From positions 7,638-33,249 of the forward strand of contig JBBIVV010000024.1 in NCBI GenBank assembly GCA_037439545.1: DNA of 25,612 bases. Reading direction: 5' to 3'. The translations under genes and the position numbers were made by a program. Under the pieces are notes generated by a model. That model was not told the DNA's origin. It worked only from the letters and a program-made list of their open reading frames with translations, and searched no databases. Positions 1 through 8,919 of this stretch are shown here, one piece after another (positions within the stretch are counted from its first letter, which is position 1; the number at the start of each line of letters is the position of its first letter). This DNA is from a bacterium (GTDB lineage: Bacteria; JAMCPX01).

Positions 1-372
1 GTTGGACTCCTTTTTACACTCATCGTCATGTTTGCCCTGAAAGGCGATTTGATCTTAAAGAAGCCATTTTTCATAGTGCAGATGGCTGTGCCCATGATCC
101 TATTTTTCTGGGTGATGTTTGTCGTAGTTTATCTCGTAAGCTGGAGATTGAAATTAAATTATGAGGATTCTGTTGCGGTTTCATTCAATTCTACAGGCAG
201 GGACTTTGAGATAGCTATAGCCATTGCCATAACCGCATTCAACCCTACCGTGGCATTGGCAACAGTTATAGGCCCGTTGATAGAAGTGCCTGTCATGCTT
301 GTGCTTGTCTGGTTCGCGAAGAAGACAAAAACGAGGCTTTTTCCCGGGGAAGAGTCCCCTGCCATAGAATGA
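1..372 (+). CDS. acr3: Acr3-family arsenite efflux transporter, C-terminal part (5' truncated by window edge)
   Basis: Frame open from base 1 (VGLLFTLIVMFALKG...). Hydrophobic helices and Acr3 C-terminal motifs 'GRDFEIAIAIAI' and 'ALATVIGPLIEVPVML'. Confidence 0.9.
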   Translation, partial: VGLLFTLIVMFALKGDLILKKPFFIVQMAVPMILFFWVMFVVVYLVSWRLKLNYEDSVAVSFNSTGRDFEIAIAIAITAFNPTVALATVIGPLIEVPVMLVLVWFAKKTKTRLFPGEESPAIE

Positions 373-579
373 TTATCAAAGTCGATCTGCTAAGTATTAC
401 GCCTTAAGTTACGTGTTTATTGCAGATTCCGTAATGATAAATAGAGTCAGCTTGATTTTTGGCTGAAAGTCCAAATGCGTCATTATACTTTTTATGGAAT
501 AATTACCATACTATCTATAGAAGTTTGTCCTGTTGAAAGTGTAGTTGTCTCTCACCGGGTACACTATCGCATATATTCC

Positions 580-659
580 TTGACAATAATGAGCATATGC
601 TTACAATTTAATAAAGATACATGCAGAAACGCGTGCTCTGTCATTGAGCATGCGTTCAA
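580..659 (+). promoter_or_regulatory. sigma70-like promoter with repeated pseudo-palindromic operator boxes
   Basis: TTGACA (580-585), 16 bp spacer, TACAAT (602-607). TGAGCATATGCTTA (590-603) overlaps the spacer and -10; related boxes at 626-639 (inverted) and 645-658. Confidence 0.6.
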
Positions 660-687
660 CGTTCAATAAATAAAAAAGGAGAAAGAT

Positions 688-1059
688 ATGCAGGTAAGAG
701 TAGCTATAGCAACAGATGGCGATTTTGTATCGCCCCATTTCGGTAAATGCCATTCGTATACCCTGATTGACATAGAAGATGGCAAGGTTATAAAGAAAGA
801 GGTTGTAGATAATCCAGGACTTGAAGGCCACGCGCCAGGTGAGATCCCTCGATTTCTGCATGAAAATGGTGCAAATTATATCATTGCTGGCGGTATGGGA
901 CCAAGGGCTGTAGAATTTTTTAGTCAATTCGGTATTCAACCAATTGTCGGTATCAGCGGGGACATTCAGCATACCATTGAAAAATTCACCGCCGGAGCAT
1001 TACAGACTGGGCAAAACATGCATGAGTTGTTTGAACACGATCATGACCATAGACAATGA
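688..1059 (+). CDS. NifB/NifX family (iron-molybdenum cofactor-binding-like, MTH1175-type) protein with His-rich tail
   Basis: Motifs 'VAIATDG..VSPHFGKC..YTLIDI' and 'IIAGGMGPRA..FF.QFGI'. AGGAG RBS upstream. C-terminus HELFEHDHDHRQ. Confidence 0.88.
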   Translation: MQVRVAIATDGDFVSPHFGKCHSYTLIDIEDGKVIKKEVVDNPGLEGHAPGEIPRFLHENGANYIIAGGMGPRAVEFFSQFGIQPIVGISGDIQHTIEKFTAGALQTGQNMHELFEHDHDHRQ

Positions 1060-1205
1060 CAAGGTCGAACACTACTGCTAAATAGAAGGCATACCGATCC
1101 TGATGAAAATACCGTAAACAAAAACAATAAGTTATACTGATAGGAGCCATTATCTCGATAAGTATGTTTTAGCGAAATGATGCTTTTTGCCGGAAATGAA
1201 TTAGC

Positions 1206-1379
1206 CTATTTTGGTGAAAGTAGTAAACTGTTTGAAAAAATATCATTAAAATATCTTAACCGCAGCAGAGCATGAAACAATCCCGAATCCCTGATGTAGA
1301 TTTCCGGAGATTTTATCAGTCGTTTCTTTATATTTATGTGATAGGGCTCCAACTGCCTTATTAAAAAGGTGTCTTTCAG
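1206..1379 (-). pseudogene. Remnant of an AAA+ ATPase / DUF4143 (COG1373-type) gene
   Basis: My minus-strand translation reads LKDTFLIRQLEPYHINIKKRLIKSPEIYIRDSGLFHALL, matching the 'KRLxKSPKxYxxDSGL' signature of DUF4143. Bounded by stops, no ATG start, no Walker A region. Confidence 0.75.
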
Positions 1380-1410
1380 GTGGAATATTTTGCAGTTTTA
1401 AACTGAGCAT

Positions 1411-1453
1411 CTTGATTTGAATCAAGGATAGTATGGTACAGAAAGATTATATT
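1411..1453 (+). promoter_or_regulatory. FNR/Crp-family binding site with class II promoter geometry
   Basis: cTTGAT-TTGA-ATCAAg (core 1412-1425, perfect TTGAT-N4-ATCAA). TATATT at 1448-1453 places the box centre at -41.5. Confidence 0.75.
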
Positions 1454-1475
1454 AAAATAAAAAAGGAGAATGAAC

Positions 1476-2108
1476 ATGTGTAAAGTTCCAGATTGGGCGT
1501 ATGAGTTTCATGGGCATAAGTGTCCGTTTATGCCCATAGGTTTTCGCATGGGCACAGTGGCTTTGCAAAAGCTCGGTGTCGGCAGAAGCAAGAACCACGA
1601 GATGCATGTGTTTTCGGAAATGGGTATCGGACATCCTCAGGGGTGTATGCAGGACGGGATCATGTCTGCCACAGGCGCCACTTTCGGTAAAGGCATGATC
1701 GAAAAGATTTATTACGGCAAGGTTGCGGCCATTTTCTGGTATCCAGGGAAAAAAGATGCTGTCCGCGTTGCTTTACGATCAGAGTTTAGCGACAAGCTCT
1801 CGACACATGAGTTTTTCAAGTATAGAAAACAAAACGTAGAACCGTCTGACATACCTCCGGCAGTATGCGACGATATAATAAATATCGTTCTTGCTGCCAC
1901 AGAGGACGAGTTGTTCAAGGTTCAGGTGCTTCAGGATTTCAAATACACGCCGGTTAAAAGCTCGTTCAACAAAGGGAAATGCGATGTGTGCGGGGAGTAT
2001 GTGTATGAACGCTATCTCAGGGTAAAAGACGGTAAAAGGGTCTGTATCCCATGTGCAGAACATATAGATGAAGAGATGACTGTTTCTTTACAGATGTTTA
2101 AAAAATAA
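1476..2108 (+). CDS. FmdE-family protein (formylmethanofuran dehydrogenase subunit E-like) with C-terminal C4 zinc finger
   Basis: 'EFHGHKCPFMPIGFRMG', 'CMQDGI...TGATFGKG', C-terminal CDVC-x17-CIPC. ATG at 1476 fits the GGAG RBS (1465-1468) better than ATG at 1470. Confidence 0.88.
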   Translation: MCKVPDWAYEFHGHKCPFMPIGFRMGTVALQKLGVGRSKNHEMHVFSEMGIGHPQGCMQDGIMSATGATFGKGMIEKIYYGKVAAIFWYPGKKDAVRVALRSEFSDKLSTHEFFKYRKQNVEPSDIPPAVCDDIINIVLAATEDELFKVQVLQDFKYTPVKSSFNKGKCDVCGEYVYERYLRVKDGKRVCIPCAEHIDEEMTVSLQMFKK

Positions 2109-2122
2109 GGAGCTGTAAGACT

Positions 2123-2872
2123 ATGACAGCCCTTTTAGCTGGGCTGATAACCTTTGGGTTTACTGCCTTGCTTACCATCGCAGGTGTTGGAGCAGCCTTT
2201 ATCCTGATACCGATATTCATTGCACTTGGTATAGAGATTCATGTGGCAATGGCAGTTGCGCTTTTGCTTAATTCCATTGCAATGTCTTTTGCCTCGTGGC
2301 GTTATGTGCGAAGTAAGCTTGTGCTCTGGAAAGTAGGCCTTCCGATATTGATTGTGGCAACAGCACTATCCCCGTTGGGGGCTTACGTGAGTCAAGGACT
2401 GAACAAATATATACTGCAGTGGTTATTTGTAGGATTTCTCATCTTTGCCGGTGTGATGATGTTATTCTATGAGCCTCAGGAAAAAGACATAGCGGCTTCA
2501 AGAGGAAAGCAACTTGTTTATGGTATAGTTATAGGCGTAGTTGCGGGATTCCTTGGAGGTTTGCTCGGCGTTGGTGGTGGCAATATCATAATTCCCGTTC
2601 TTGTGTGGATGGGTATCAATCCCAAAAAGGCATCTGCCACAACAGCCTTTATCGTTATATTTTCTTCTCTTTCTGGTTTTCTGGGTCATGCAACGCTTGG
2701 CAAACTTGATATGAACCTCCTGTTATGGACTGCTGTAGGCTCTGCACTTGGTGCAGTTTTGGGTGCATGGCTCATGACAGAAAAGCTTAAGAGAAAGCAA
2801 GTGAAAATTATTATCGGGGTTGTACTCATTGGCATTGCGGTGAAAATGGTATGGAGCTTGATTCTAAAATAG
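2123..2872 (+). CDS. TauE/SafE (DUF81) family sulfite exporter-like membrane transporter
   Basis: About 8 TM segments in two repeated halves ('AGVGAAFILIP', 'GLLGVGGGNIIIP...A.ATTAF'). AAGGAG RBS, 14 bp after the FmdE stop. Confidence 0.9.
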   Translation: MTALLAGLITFGFTALLTIAGVGAAFILIPIFIALGIEIHVAMAVALLLNSIAMSFASWRYVRSKLVLWKVGLPILIVATALSPLGAYVSQGLNKYILQWLFVGFLIFAGVMMLFYEPQEKDIAASRGKQLVYGIVIGVVAGFLGGLLGVGGGNIIIPVLVWMGINPKKASATTAFIVIFSSLSGFLGHATLGKLDMNLLLWTAVGSALGAVLGAWLMTEKLKRKQVKIIIGVVLIGIAVKMVWSLILK

Positions 2873-2891
2873 GATTATGCCTTACAAACGG

Positions 2892-2920
2892 TTGACATCT
2901 GTGCCGGTCTTTTTTATATT
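2892..2920 (+). promoter_or_regulatory. sigma70-like promoter upstream of FadL-like gene
   Basis: TTGACA (2892-2897), 17 bp spacer, TATATT (2915-2920). Confidence 0.6.
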
Positions 2921-3047
2921 TTCTTTGACCTTGGGTGTATGAGCCGGCGCGTATTAGATCTGCATCTTTGCCCCGTTCGGATGCTGTTCAATTTTTAAAG
3001 CAGCTTGTTATGATCTTTAAAATTGTAATAAAAGGAAGGATTAAACC

Positions 3048-4376
3048 ATGATAAAAAAAGTATTAATCTTTGTTTTTAGTATAGCTCCTATGTTAAGTTC
3101 GTATGCAAATGCAAATGTTTTCGATACCTTCGGTGTTGATGCAACAGGCATAGCAATGGGTAATGCAAGAACGGCATCCGCCGATGATTGGACAGCAACT
3201 TACTATAACCCTGCAGGCATTACGCAGACAAAACAATCGCTTGGGTTTAATTTTATCGTTGGTGTGAATCATCTTTATGTAAAGCCTTTCGGGTCCGGCT
3301 TTGAAAATACCGATAATAAAGACATTGAAGGTATTTCTGTGGGAATGACCCATGATTTTATAGCGGATTTCATAAGAGTCGGAATTAGCCTGTATACGCC
3401 ATTGGGTGATACCCAGCAGCAGATAACCCATTATGCAGATGAAAGCGAGTCATTCCTTACCAACAAGCTGTATTTTGAAATGCTTGAGAATAACACAGAA
3501 CAGCAGATCATACTCCCGACAATCGCCTTTAAAGTTCTGCCGTTTTTATCCATTGGAGGAGGAATCTCCCTGTTCATTAAATCTATGACCTATTCTTATG
3601 AGTATTTCCCTAACCCTTTAAACCAATCTGTATGGTATATGAACGTTAACAACACGCAGAAGTATACATATGTAGCGAACCTTGGTGTATTGTTTCATCC
3701 ATCCGATCGTTTTAAAATTGGTGCTTCATATATGAGTGCAGATGATTTCCCGATAGTCGGTGGAGCCTTTGTTCATCTGAATGCGAGCGGGCTCCCCATT
3801 GCAAGTCAATTCACGCAAACGATTGATCAGATATTATTTTACACACCTGCCCATGCGTCCCTTGGTGTTATGTATAAACTCATGGACAATCTTGAGCTTA
3901 ATGGAGATGTTACCTGGGTTGGCTGGTCGGGTTATATAAACAACCATGATGTGAAACCTCAACAGGAATCTTATACCGATTCTGCAACCGGGGTCACCTA
4001 TGCAGGGCAGGCATTCAACGACATATACATACCGAAAATTGGGGTTGCATACAAACCCGTAGAATCGTGGTGTGTCATGGGCGGTTATGAGTACGAGCCT
4101 ACGCCGGTGCCTCCGCAGATGAGGAGGTCGAATTATGTTGATAGCGTTAAGAATGTTCTGTCAACAGGTGTAAGTTATATAATGCCGTACAATGACGGGC
4201 ACATCCATTTTACCGTTGATTTTCAGGGCATCATACTTGGCGAAAGGAAAACATATAAATCAGTAGCGGTTGATGCGGACCCATATACATCCGGCATTCA
4301 AAATCCCGGTTACCCCGGTTATGAAAGCAAAGGATATATTTATGATACGGGCTTTACCGTAAGCTATGAGTATTAG
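3048..4376 (+). CDS. OmpP1/FadL/TodX family outer-membrane transporter for hydrophobic substrates
   Basis: Sec signal peptide (...SSYANA). N-terminal hatch motif 'GIAMGNA.TA.ADD.TA.YYNPAG'. Amphipathic beta-strands and aromatic C-terminus (FTVSYEY). Upstream of beta-oxidation genes. Confidence 0.85.
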   Translation: MIKKVLIFVFSIAPMLSSYANANVFDTFGVDATGIAMGNARTASADDWTATYYNPAGITQTKQSLGFNFIVGVNHLYVKPFGSGFENTDNKDIEGISVGMTHDFIADFIRVGISLYTPLGDTQQQITHYADESESFLTNKLYFEMLENNTEQQIILPTIAFKVLPFLSIGGGISLFIKSMTYSYEYFPNPLNQSVWYMNVNNTQKYTYVANLGVLFHPSDRFKIGASYMSADDFPIVGGAFVHLNASGLPIASQFTQTIDQILFYTPAHASLGVMYKLMDNLELNGDVTWVGWSGYINNHDVKPQQESYTDSATGVTYAGQAFNDIYIPKIGVAYKPVESWCVMGGYEYEPTPVPPQMRRSNYVDSVKNVLSTGVSYIMPYNDGHIHFTVDFQGIILGERKTYKSVAVDADPYTSGIQNPGYPGYESKGYIYDTGFTVSYEY

Positions 4377-5040
4377 AAATCATAAGGATGACCGGAAAAC
4401 ATCAAACATAATAAACAGTTATCTTGGGCACGAAAGATTTATAATCGCTGTATTCCTTGTAATCTTTCTCTCATGTGGGTTTTATTATGTTGATTGGCAT
4501 AACCATCTTCTCTGGAAAGAGGGAATGAAATTTTATGATATCAGCACCTATATCGACCGATCGATACCTTTTACGCCATGGTTTATATGGTTATACCTGC
4601 TTTATTATCCTTTCTGTTTTACTCCACTGTTTTTATTACGCTCTATAGATACGTTCAGAAGGGTTGCCGCAGCGTATCTTATGGAGTTTGTTATAGCCTT
4701 TATTGCTTTTCTTACTTTTCCTGTAAGAATGATTAGACCAGATGTGATCCCGGATACTATCAGTACAAAACTTGTGTCTTTTTTGTACCGGTTCGACCCT
4801 GGCTTTAATGTGTTCCCGAGTCTGCACGTTGCAAATTCACTGTTAGTTGCACTGATATTTTACCGTTATAATAAAACTCTCGGCGTGTGTTTTATACTTA
4901 TAGCTGTCTTAATTTCCCTGTCCACCCTTTACGTAAAACAACACTATCTTGTTGATATCGTAACCGGTGTGCTTGATACTGCAATAGTCTATCCGATAGT
5001 TTTCAAGGGTCATAAGCCTGTAAACTATAAAAAAACATAA
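4366..5040 (+). CDS. PAP2-superfamily membrane phosphatase/phosphotransferase (PAP2_3/Aur1-like)
   Basis: 'FPSLHVA' and 'STLYVKQHYLVD' catalytic-His motifs, about 6 TM segments. Overlaps the FadL-like gene by 11 bp; start codon uncertain. Confidence 0.8.
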   Translation: MSIRNHKDDRKTSNIINSYLGHERFIIAVFLVIFLSCGFYYVDWHNHLLWKEGMKFYDISTYIDRSIPFTPWFIWLYLLYYPFCFTPLFLLRSIDTFRRVAAAYLMEFVIAFIAFLTFPVRMIRPDVIPDTISTKLVSFLYRFDPGFNVFPSLHVANSLLVALIFYRYNKTLGVCFILIAVLISLSTLYVKQHYLVDIVTGVLDTAIVYPIVFKGHKPVNYKKT

Positions 5041-5084
5041 TTCTAAAATATATCTTGACTTGTATACAATGCTATGTTTTATCT

Positions 5085-5104
5085 ATGAATGAATAATCAT
5101 TCAT
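5085..5104. promoter_or_regulatory. TetR-type FadR operator palindrome
   Basis: ATGAATGA-ATAA-TCATTCAT with perfect 8-bp arms, between a TTGACT -35 (5055-5060) and the GGAGG RBS of fadA. Matches the Bacillus FadR (YsiA) box TGAATGANTANTCATTCA. Confidence 0.8.
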
Positions 5105-5117
5105 TATGGAGGTAAGT

Positions 5118-6338
5118 ATGAAAGACAGTGGTAGAGATGCGGTGATAGTGTCAGCGGTGAGGCTGCCGATTGGCAGGGCAAAGAAGGGTTTTTTTGCAAA
5201 AACGAGGCCGGATGATCTGTTTGCCACTGCAATTAAAGCTGCCTTAAAAAGATTGCCTGAATTCGATTATAAACAGATAGAAGACATTATATGCGGCTCT
5301 GCTTTTCCTGAGGCGGAAGAGGGTATGAATGTTGCAAGGGTAGCAGGTATTCTTGCTGGTCTGCCTATTGAGATCCCTGCAACTACCATAAACAGGTTTT
5401 GCGGCTCGGCAATGACTGCCCTGCATAAGGCTTCTTATGAAATAATGGGTGGAGCAGGAGATATATTCATCGTCGGCGGCACAGAAAGTATGACCATGAT
5501 ACCGATGACCAGCAATAAGCCGTCGCCAAATATAAAGTTTGTACAGGATGGAACAGCATTACCCAATGTTTATATATCCATGGGAGAGACCGCAGAGAAG
5601 GTTATAGATAGATACAGTGATAAGTATAATCTGACGCGTGAAAATCTCGATAAATTCTCATATAATTCTCATAAGAAGGCTGTTGCTGCGCAAGAATCGG
5701 GAAGATTTAACGATGAGATAGCACAGGTTATTGTAAACAAGGCAAATGGAGATATCGAACTTTATAATGGCGGCAACATACCCGGCGGATGGATACTCGT
5801 TGATAAAGACGAGTGCCCGAGAGCTGATACAACTGTTGAAGCACTCGGAAAATTAAAGCCGGTGTTCAGGGCAAATGGCAGGGTAACGGCAGGTAATTCT
5901 TCCCCGACTAATGACGGGGCAAGTGTCATGGTTCTTATGTCATCTTCAAAAGCAAAAGAGCTTGGCATCAAACCTCTTGCGAAGATACGGGCGACGGCAG
6001 TAAGAGCATTAGAGCCCGAGGTAATGGGATTAGGCCCTATTTATTCAACGAGACGTATCCTTGAAAGGGCAAAGATGACGGTAAAAGATATACAGCTTTT
6101 CGAGATAAATGAGGCTTTTGCATCTCAGTCCATTGTGAGTATAGAAGAACTCGGGATCAACCCTGACATTGTAAACGTAAACGGAGGAGCTATTGCTCTG
6201 GGACATCCGCTCGGTATTTCTGGAGTCAGGATACTTACCACGCTTCTATACGAGATGACCAAGAGGAATTTGAACACAGGTCTCGGAACAATGTGTATTG
6301 GCGGCGGTCAGGGTATAGCGACGATTATAGAACGGTAA
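5118..6338 (+). CDS. fadA: Acetyl-CoA C-acyltransferase (3-ketoacyl-CoA thiolase)
   Basis: Catalytic motifs NRFCGS, NEAFA, GHPLG, CIGGGQG. GGAGG (5108-5112) supports the ATG at 5118. Directly upstream of fadN. Confidence 0.93.
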   Translation: MKDSGRDAVIVSAVRLPIGRAKKGFFAKTRPDDLFATAIKAALKRLPEFDYKQIEDIICGSAFPEAEEGMNVARVAGILAGLPIEIPATTINRFCGSAMTALHKASYEIMGGAGDIFIVGGTESMTMIPMTSNKPSPNIKFVQDGTALPNVYISMGETAEKVIDRYSDKYNLTRENLDKFSYNSHKKAVAAQESGRFNDEIAQVIVNKANGDIELYNGGNIPGGWILVDKDECPRADTTVEALGKLKPVFRANGRVTAGNSSPTNDGASVMVLMSSSKAKELGIKPLAKIRATAVRALEPEVMGLGPIYSTRRILERAKMTVKDIQLFEINEAFASQSIVSIEELGINPDIVNVNGGAIALGHPLGISGVRILTTLLYEMTKRNLNTGLGTMCIGGGQGIATIIER

Positions 6339-6357
6339 ATCTACAGGAGGAATTATT

Positions 6358-8769
6358 ATGAGCTATGAGATAAAAAAAGTAACGATAATAGGTTCTGGAG
6401 TCATGGGGTCCGGTATTGCCGCCCATCTTGCAAATGCAGGTATACCGTCATATCTCCTTGATATAGTACCGAGGGAGCTCACGGATGATGAGAAAAAAGC
6501 CGGTCTGACGTTAAAAGATCCGCAGGTGAGAAATCGGCTCACACTTGCAGGTATTGAACATGTTAGGAAAGGAAAGCCGGCTCTCATATATTCGCAGAAA
6601 GATCTATCTTACATCACGGCAGGTAACATGGAAGATAATCTTGATTTTATAAGCCAGTCTGACTGGGTCATAGAAGTAGTTACAGAGAGACTCGATATAA
6701 AGAAAAAGGTTTTTGAGCAGGTGGATAAATATAGAAAACAGGGCTCGATAATCAGCTCCAACACATCGGGTATTAAGCTCAAGGATATGGCAGAAGGAAG
6801 GAGCAAAGACTTTAAAGATAATTTTATGATCACGCATTTCTTTAACCCTGTAAGATACATGAAACTTCTTGAATTTATTATTGGAGATGAAACAAAGCAG
6901 GAGATGGTATCTTTTATGCAGGAGTTTGCGGAAAATGTACTTGGAAAGGGTGTCGTATACGGTAAAGATACGCCGAATTTCATAGCGAACAGGGTAGGTG
7001 TTTTCTCAATGCTCGATACCATGAAGGTCATGGTCGATGACGGCTATGCAATAGATGAAGTCGACGCAATAGTAGGTAAACCGATGGGCAGACCAGGCAG
7101 TGCGGCTTTTGGGACAGGTGACCTTGTGGGACTTGATACTTTTGTTCATGTCGCGAACAATGTTTATGAAAATACGCCGAAAGATGAAAAGAGAGAGGTA
7201 TTTAAGGTACCGGCATTTGTTGAAAAGATGGTAAAACAGGGTTGGATTGGGGACAAATCGGGCCAGGGCTTTTACAAGAAGATAAAAGATGAAAAAGGTA
7301 AGAAAAAATTAGTGCTTGATTACAATACAATGGAATATGTCGAGAAGAAGAAATACAAGTACGACTCTCTCGACATGGCAAAGAATGCGGAGACCAACGA
7401 GGAAAAAGCAAAAGCGATTACTTCAGGAGATGACAGGGCTGCAAAGTTTGCGTGGAAAGTGACAAGAGATACCCTGGTTTATGCATTGAATAGAATTCCC
7501 GAGATTGCGGATGACATCGTAAATGTTGATAATGCTATGAAATGGGGATTCAACTGGGCTACAGGTCCATTTGAATCCTGGGACGCAATAGGTATTCAGA
7601 GTTCCTTGGAAAGAATGAAAAAGGAAGGCATAGAAGTCCCGGAAACCATTAACAGGGTCATCGATAAAGGATATGGAAGGTTTTATCTCGACATTAAAGG
7701 AGATAAATATTACTTCGATTTTAAAACGAACACCTATAAACCCGTCATAAGAAGACCGAATGTCATATCCCTCGATGCATTGAAGAAGAAGGGCATGATC
7801 CTTAAGGAAAATGGAAGTGCGAGGATCATCGATATAGGAGACGGGGTGATATGCGTGGAGTTTATTTCAAAGATGAATTCCATAGATGATGATATCATAA
7901 ACATGCTGAACGCAGGTGTGGATATGTTAGAGAGCAGGCAGGATATCGCCGGTATGATACTTGCCAATGAAGGTGACACCTTCAGTGTTGGAGCAAATAT
8001 TTTCATGATCCTCATGGCTATTCAGAACAAAGAGTGGAAGTTGCTTGAAGCTTCAATAGACGGTTTACATAATGCAAACATGAGAATGAAGTATGCTCCC
8101 AAGCCAGTTGTCGCAGCTCCGTTTAATATGGCTCTCGGCGGCGGGTGTGAGGTATCCATTCATACGCACAAGATTAGGGCTTATGCAGAACTTTACATGG
8201 GGCTCGTAGAATTAGGTGTTGGTGTAATCCCTGCCGGCGGCGGTACAAAGGAACTTTACCTCAGGGCCCTTGGCAACAACGTGGTGAAACCGGATCCAAT
8301 AAAAGCGGCCATACATACTTTTGAAACTATCGGTATGGCAAAGGTTTCTATGAGTGCAAAAGAGGCTATTGAATTGTACGGCTTTTTGAAACCGACAGAT
8401 CAAATTACCCTGAATAAAGATAATCTTATTTATGATGCAAAACAGACAGTTCTCGCCATGGTGAAAGAAGGATTCAAGCAGCAGAGGCCAAGAAACGATA
8501 TTCAGGTAGCCGGCAGAGAAGCACTGGCAACCTTAGGTTTAGGAGCTGGAAATCTGAAACTGGGTGGTTATATTAGTGATTACGATGAGGTTGTCGCGAA
8601 GAAACTTATCAATGTCATAGCAGGCGGAGATGTACCGCCGGGTACCATAGTCGATGAACAAAGACTCCTAGATCTGGAAAAAGAAGCTTTCCTGAGTTTA
8701 TGTGGAGAACAGAAAACACAGGATAGAATACAATACATGTTAATGAATAATAAACCCCTCCGCAACTAA
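6358..8769 (+). CDS. fadN: 3-hydroxyacyl-CoA dehydrogenase / enoyl-CoA hydratase, FadN-type (HAD N-terminal, crotonase C-terminal)
   Basis: GSGVMGSGIA Rossmann motif, SSNTSG, HFFNPVRYMKLLE, KDTPNFIANR. C-terminal crotonase motifs FSVGAN, ALGGGCE, GLVELGVGVIPAGGG. Ends KPLRN. Confidence 0.92.
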   Translation: MSYEIKKVTIIGSGVMGSGIAAHLANAGIPSYLLDIVPRELTDDEKKAGLTLKDPQVRNRLTLAGIEHVRKGKPALIYSQKDLSYITAGNMEDNLDFISQSDWVIEVVTERLDIKKKVFEQVDKYRKQGSIISSNTSGIKLKDMAEGRSKDFKDNFMITHFFNPVRYMKLLEFIIGDETKQEMVSFMQEFAENVLGKGVVYGKDTPNFIANRVGVFSMLDTMKVMVDDGYAIDEVDAIVGKPMGRPGSAAFGTGDLVGLDTFVHVANNVYENTPKDEKREVFKVPAFVEKMVKQGWIGDKSGQGFYKKIKDEKGKKKLVLDYNTMEYVEKKKYKYDSLDMAKNAETNEEKAKAITSGDDRAAKFAWKVTRDTLVYALNRIPEIADDIVNVDNAMKWGFNWATGPFESWDAIGIQSSLERMKKEGIEVPETINRVIDKGYGRFYLDIKGDKYYFDFKTNTYKPVIRRPNVISLDALKKKGMILKENGSARIIDIGDGVICVEFISKMNSIDDDIINMLNAGVDMLESRQDIAGMILANEGDTFSVGANIFMILMAIQNKEWKLLEASIDGLHNANMRMKYAPKPVVAAPFNMALGGGCEVSIHTHKIRAYAELYMGLVELGVGVIPAGGGTKELYLRALGNNVVKPDPIKAAIHTFETIGMAKVSMSAKEAIELYGFLKPTDQITLNKDNLIYDAKQTVLAMVKEGFKQQRPRNDIQVAGREALATLGLGAGNLKLGGYISDYDEVVAKKLINVIAGGDVPPGTIVDEQRLLDLEKEAFLSLCGEQKTQDRIQYMLMNNKPLRN

Positions 8770-8773
8770 AAAC

Positions 8774-8822
8774 GGTGCAGATCTCGGTCCCCTCCGGAGG
8801 TCTGCACCACCCCTCTTTTTTT
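8774..8822 (+). terminator. Probable intrinsic terminator after fadN
   Basis: GGTGCAGATCTC (8774-8785) pairs with GAGGTCTGCACC (8797-8808, one G-U). A T run follows after a 7-nt gap, which is slightly atypical. Confidence 0.6.
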
Positions 8823-8837
8823 ATTTGGTATAATTTT

Positions 8838-8868
8838 AATTGACAATCATCAATTGGCTGTATAAATT
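8838..8868 (+). promoter_or_regulatory. Promoter of resB-ccsA overlapped by an FNR-like palindrome
   Basis: AATTGAC-AATC-ATCAATT (8838-8855; TTGAC-N4-ATCAA). TTGACA (8840-8845), 17 bp spacer, TAAATT (8863-8868). Confidence 0.5.
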
Positions 8869-8919
8869 GTTTTCTTTAAGGTGTTAAAATCTACAATTTA
8901 CCGGGAAGAAAATAAAAAT

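Noticed and set aside
475..669. 64-aa ORF containing 'IEVCPVES', reminiscent of a ferredoxin CPxxA motif
   Set aside because: No CxxCxxC motif or RBS, and it runs across the NifB/NifX promoter. At most an unprovable remnant.
688..2108. Nitrogen fixation or methanogenesis inferred from the NifX and FmdE family names
   Set aside because: Both families are widespread as stand-alone proteins, and no nif or fmd/fwd catalytic genes are in the window.
2925..3030. Possible riboswitch in the ~120-nt leader of the FadL-like gene
   Set aside because: Only short or AT-rich inverted repeats (GCATC/GATGC, TTTTAAAG/CTTTAAAA). No recognisable aptamer or terminator.
3048..4376. Possibility that the beta-barrel is an MtrB-like porin for the cytochrome cluster
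   Set aside because: Size and N-terminal NPA hatch motif indicate the FadL family. No porin-cytochrome conduit is visible in this window, so extracellular electron transfer is not demonstrated.
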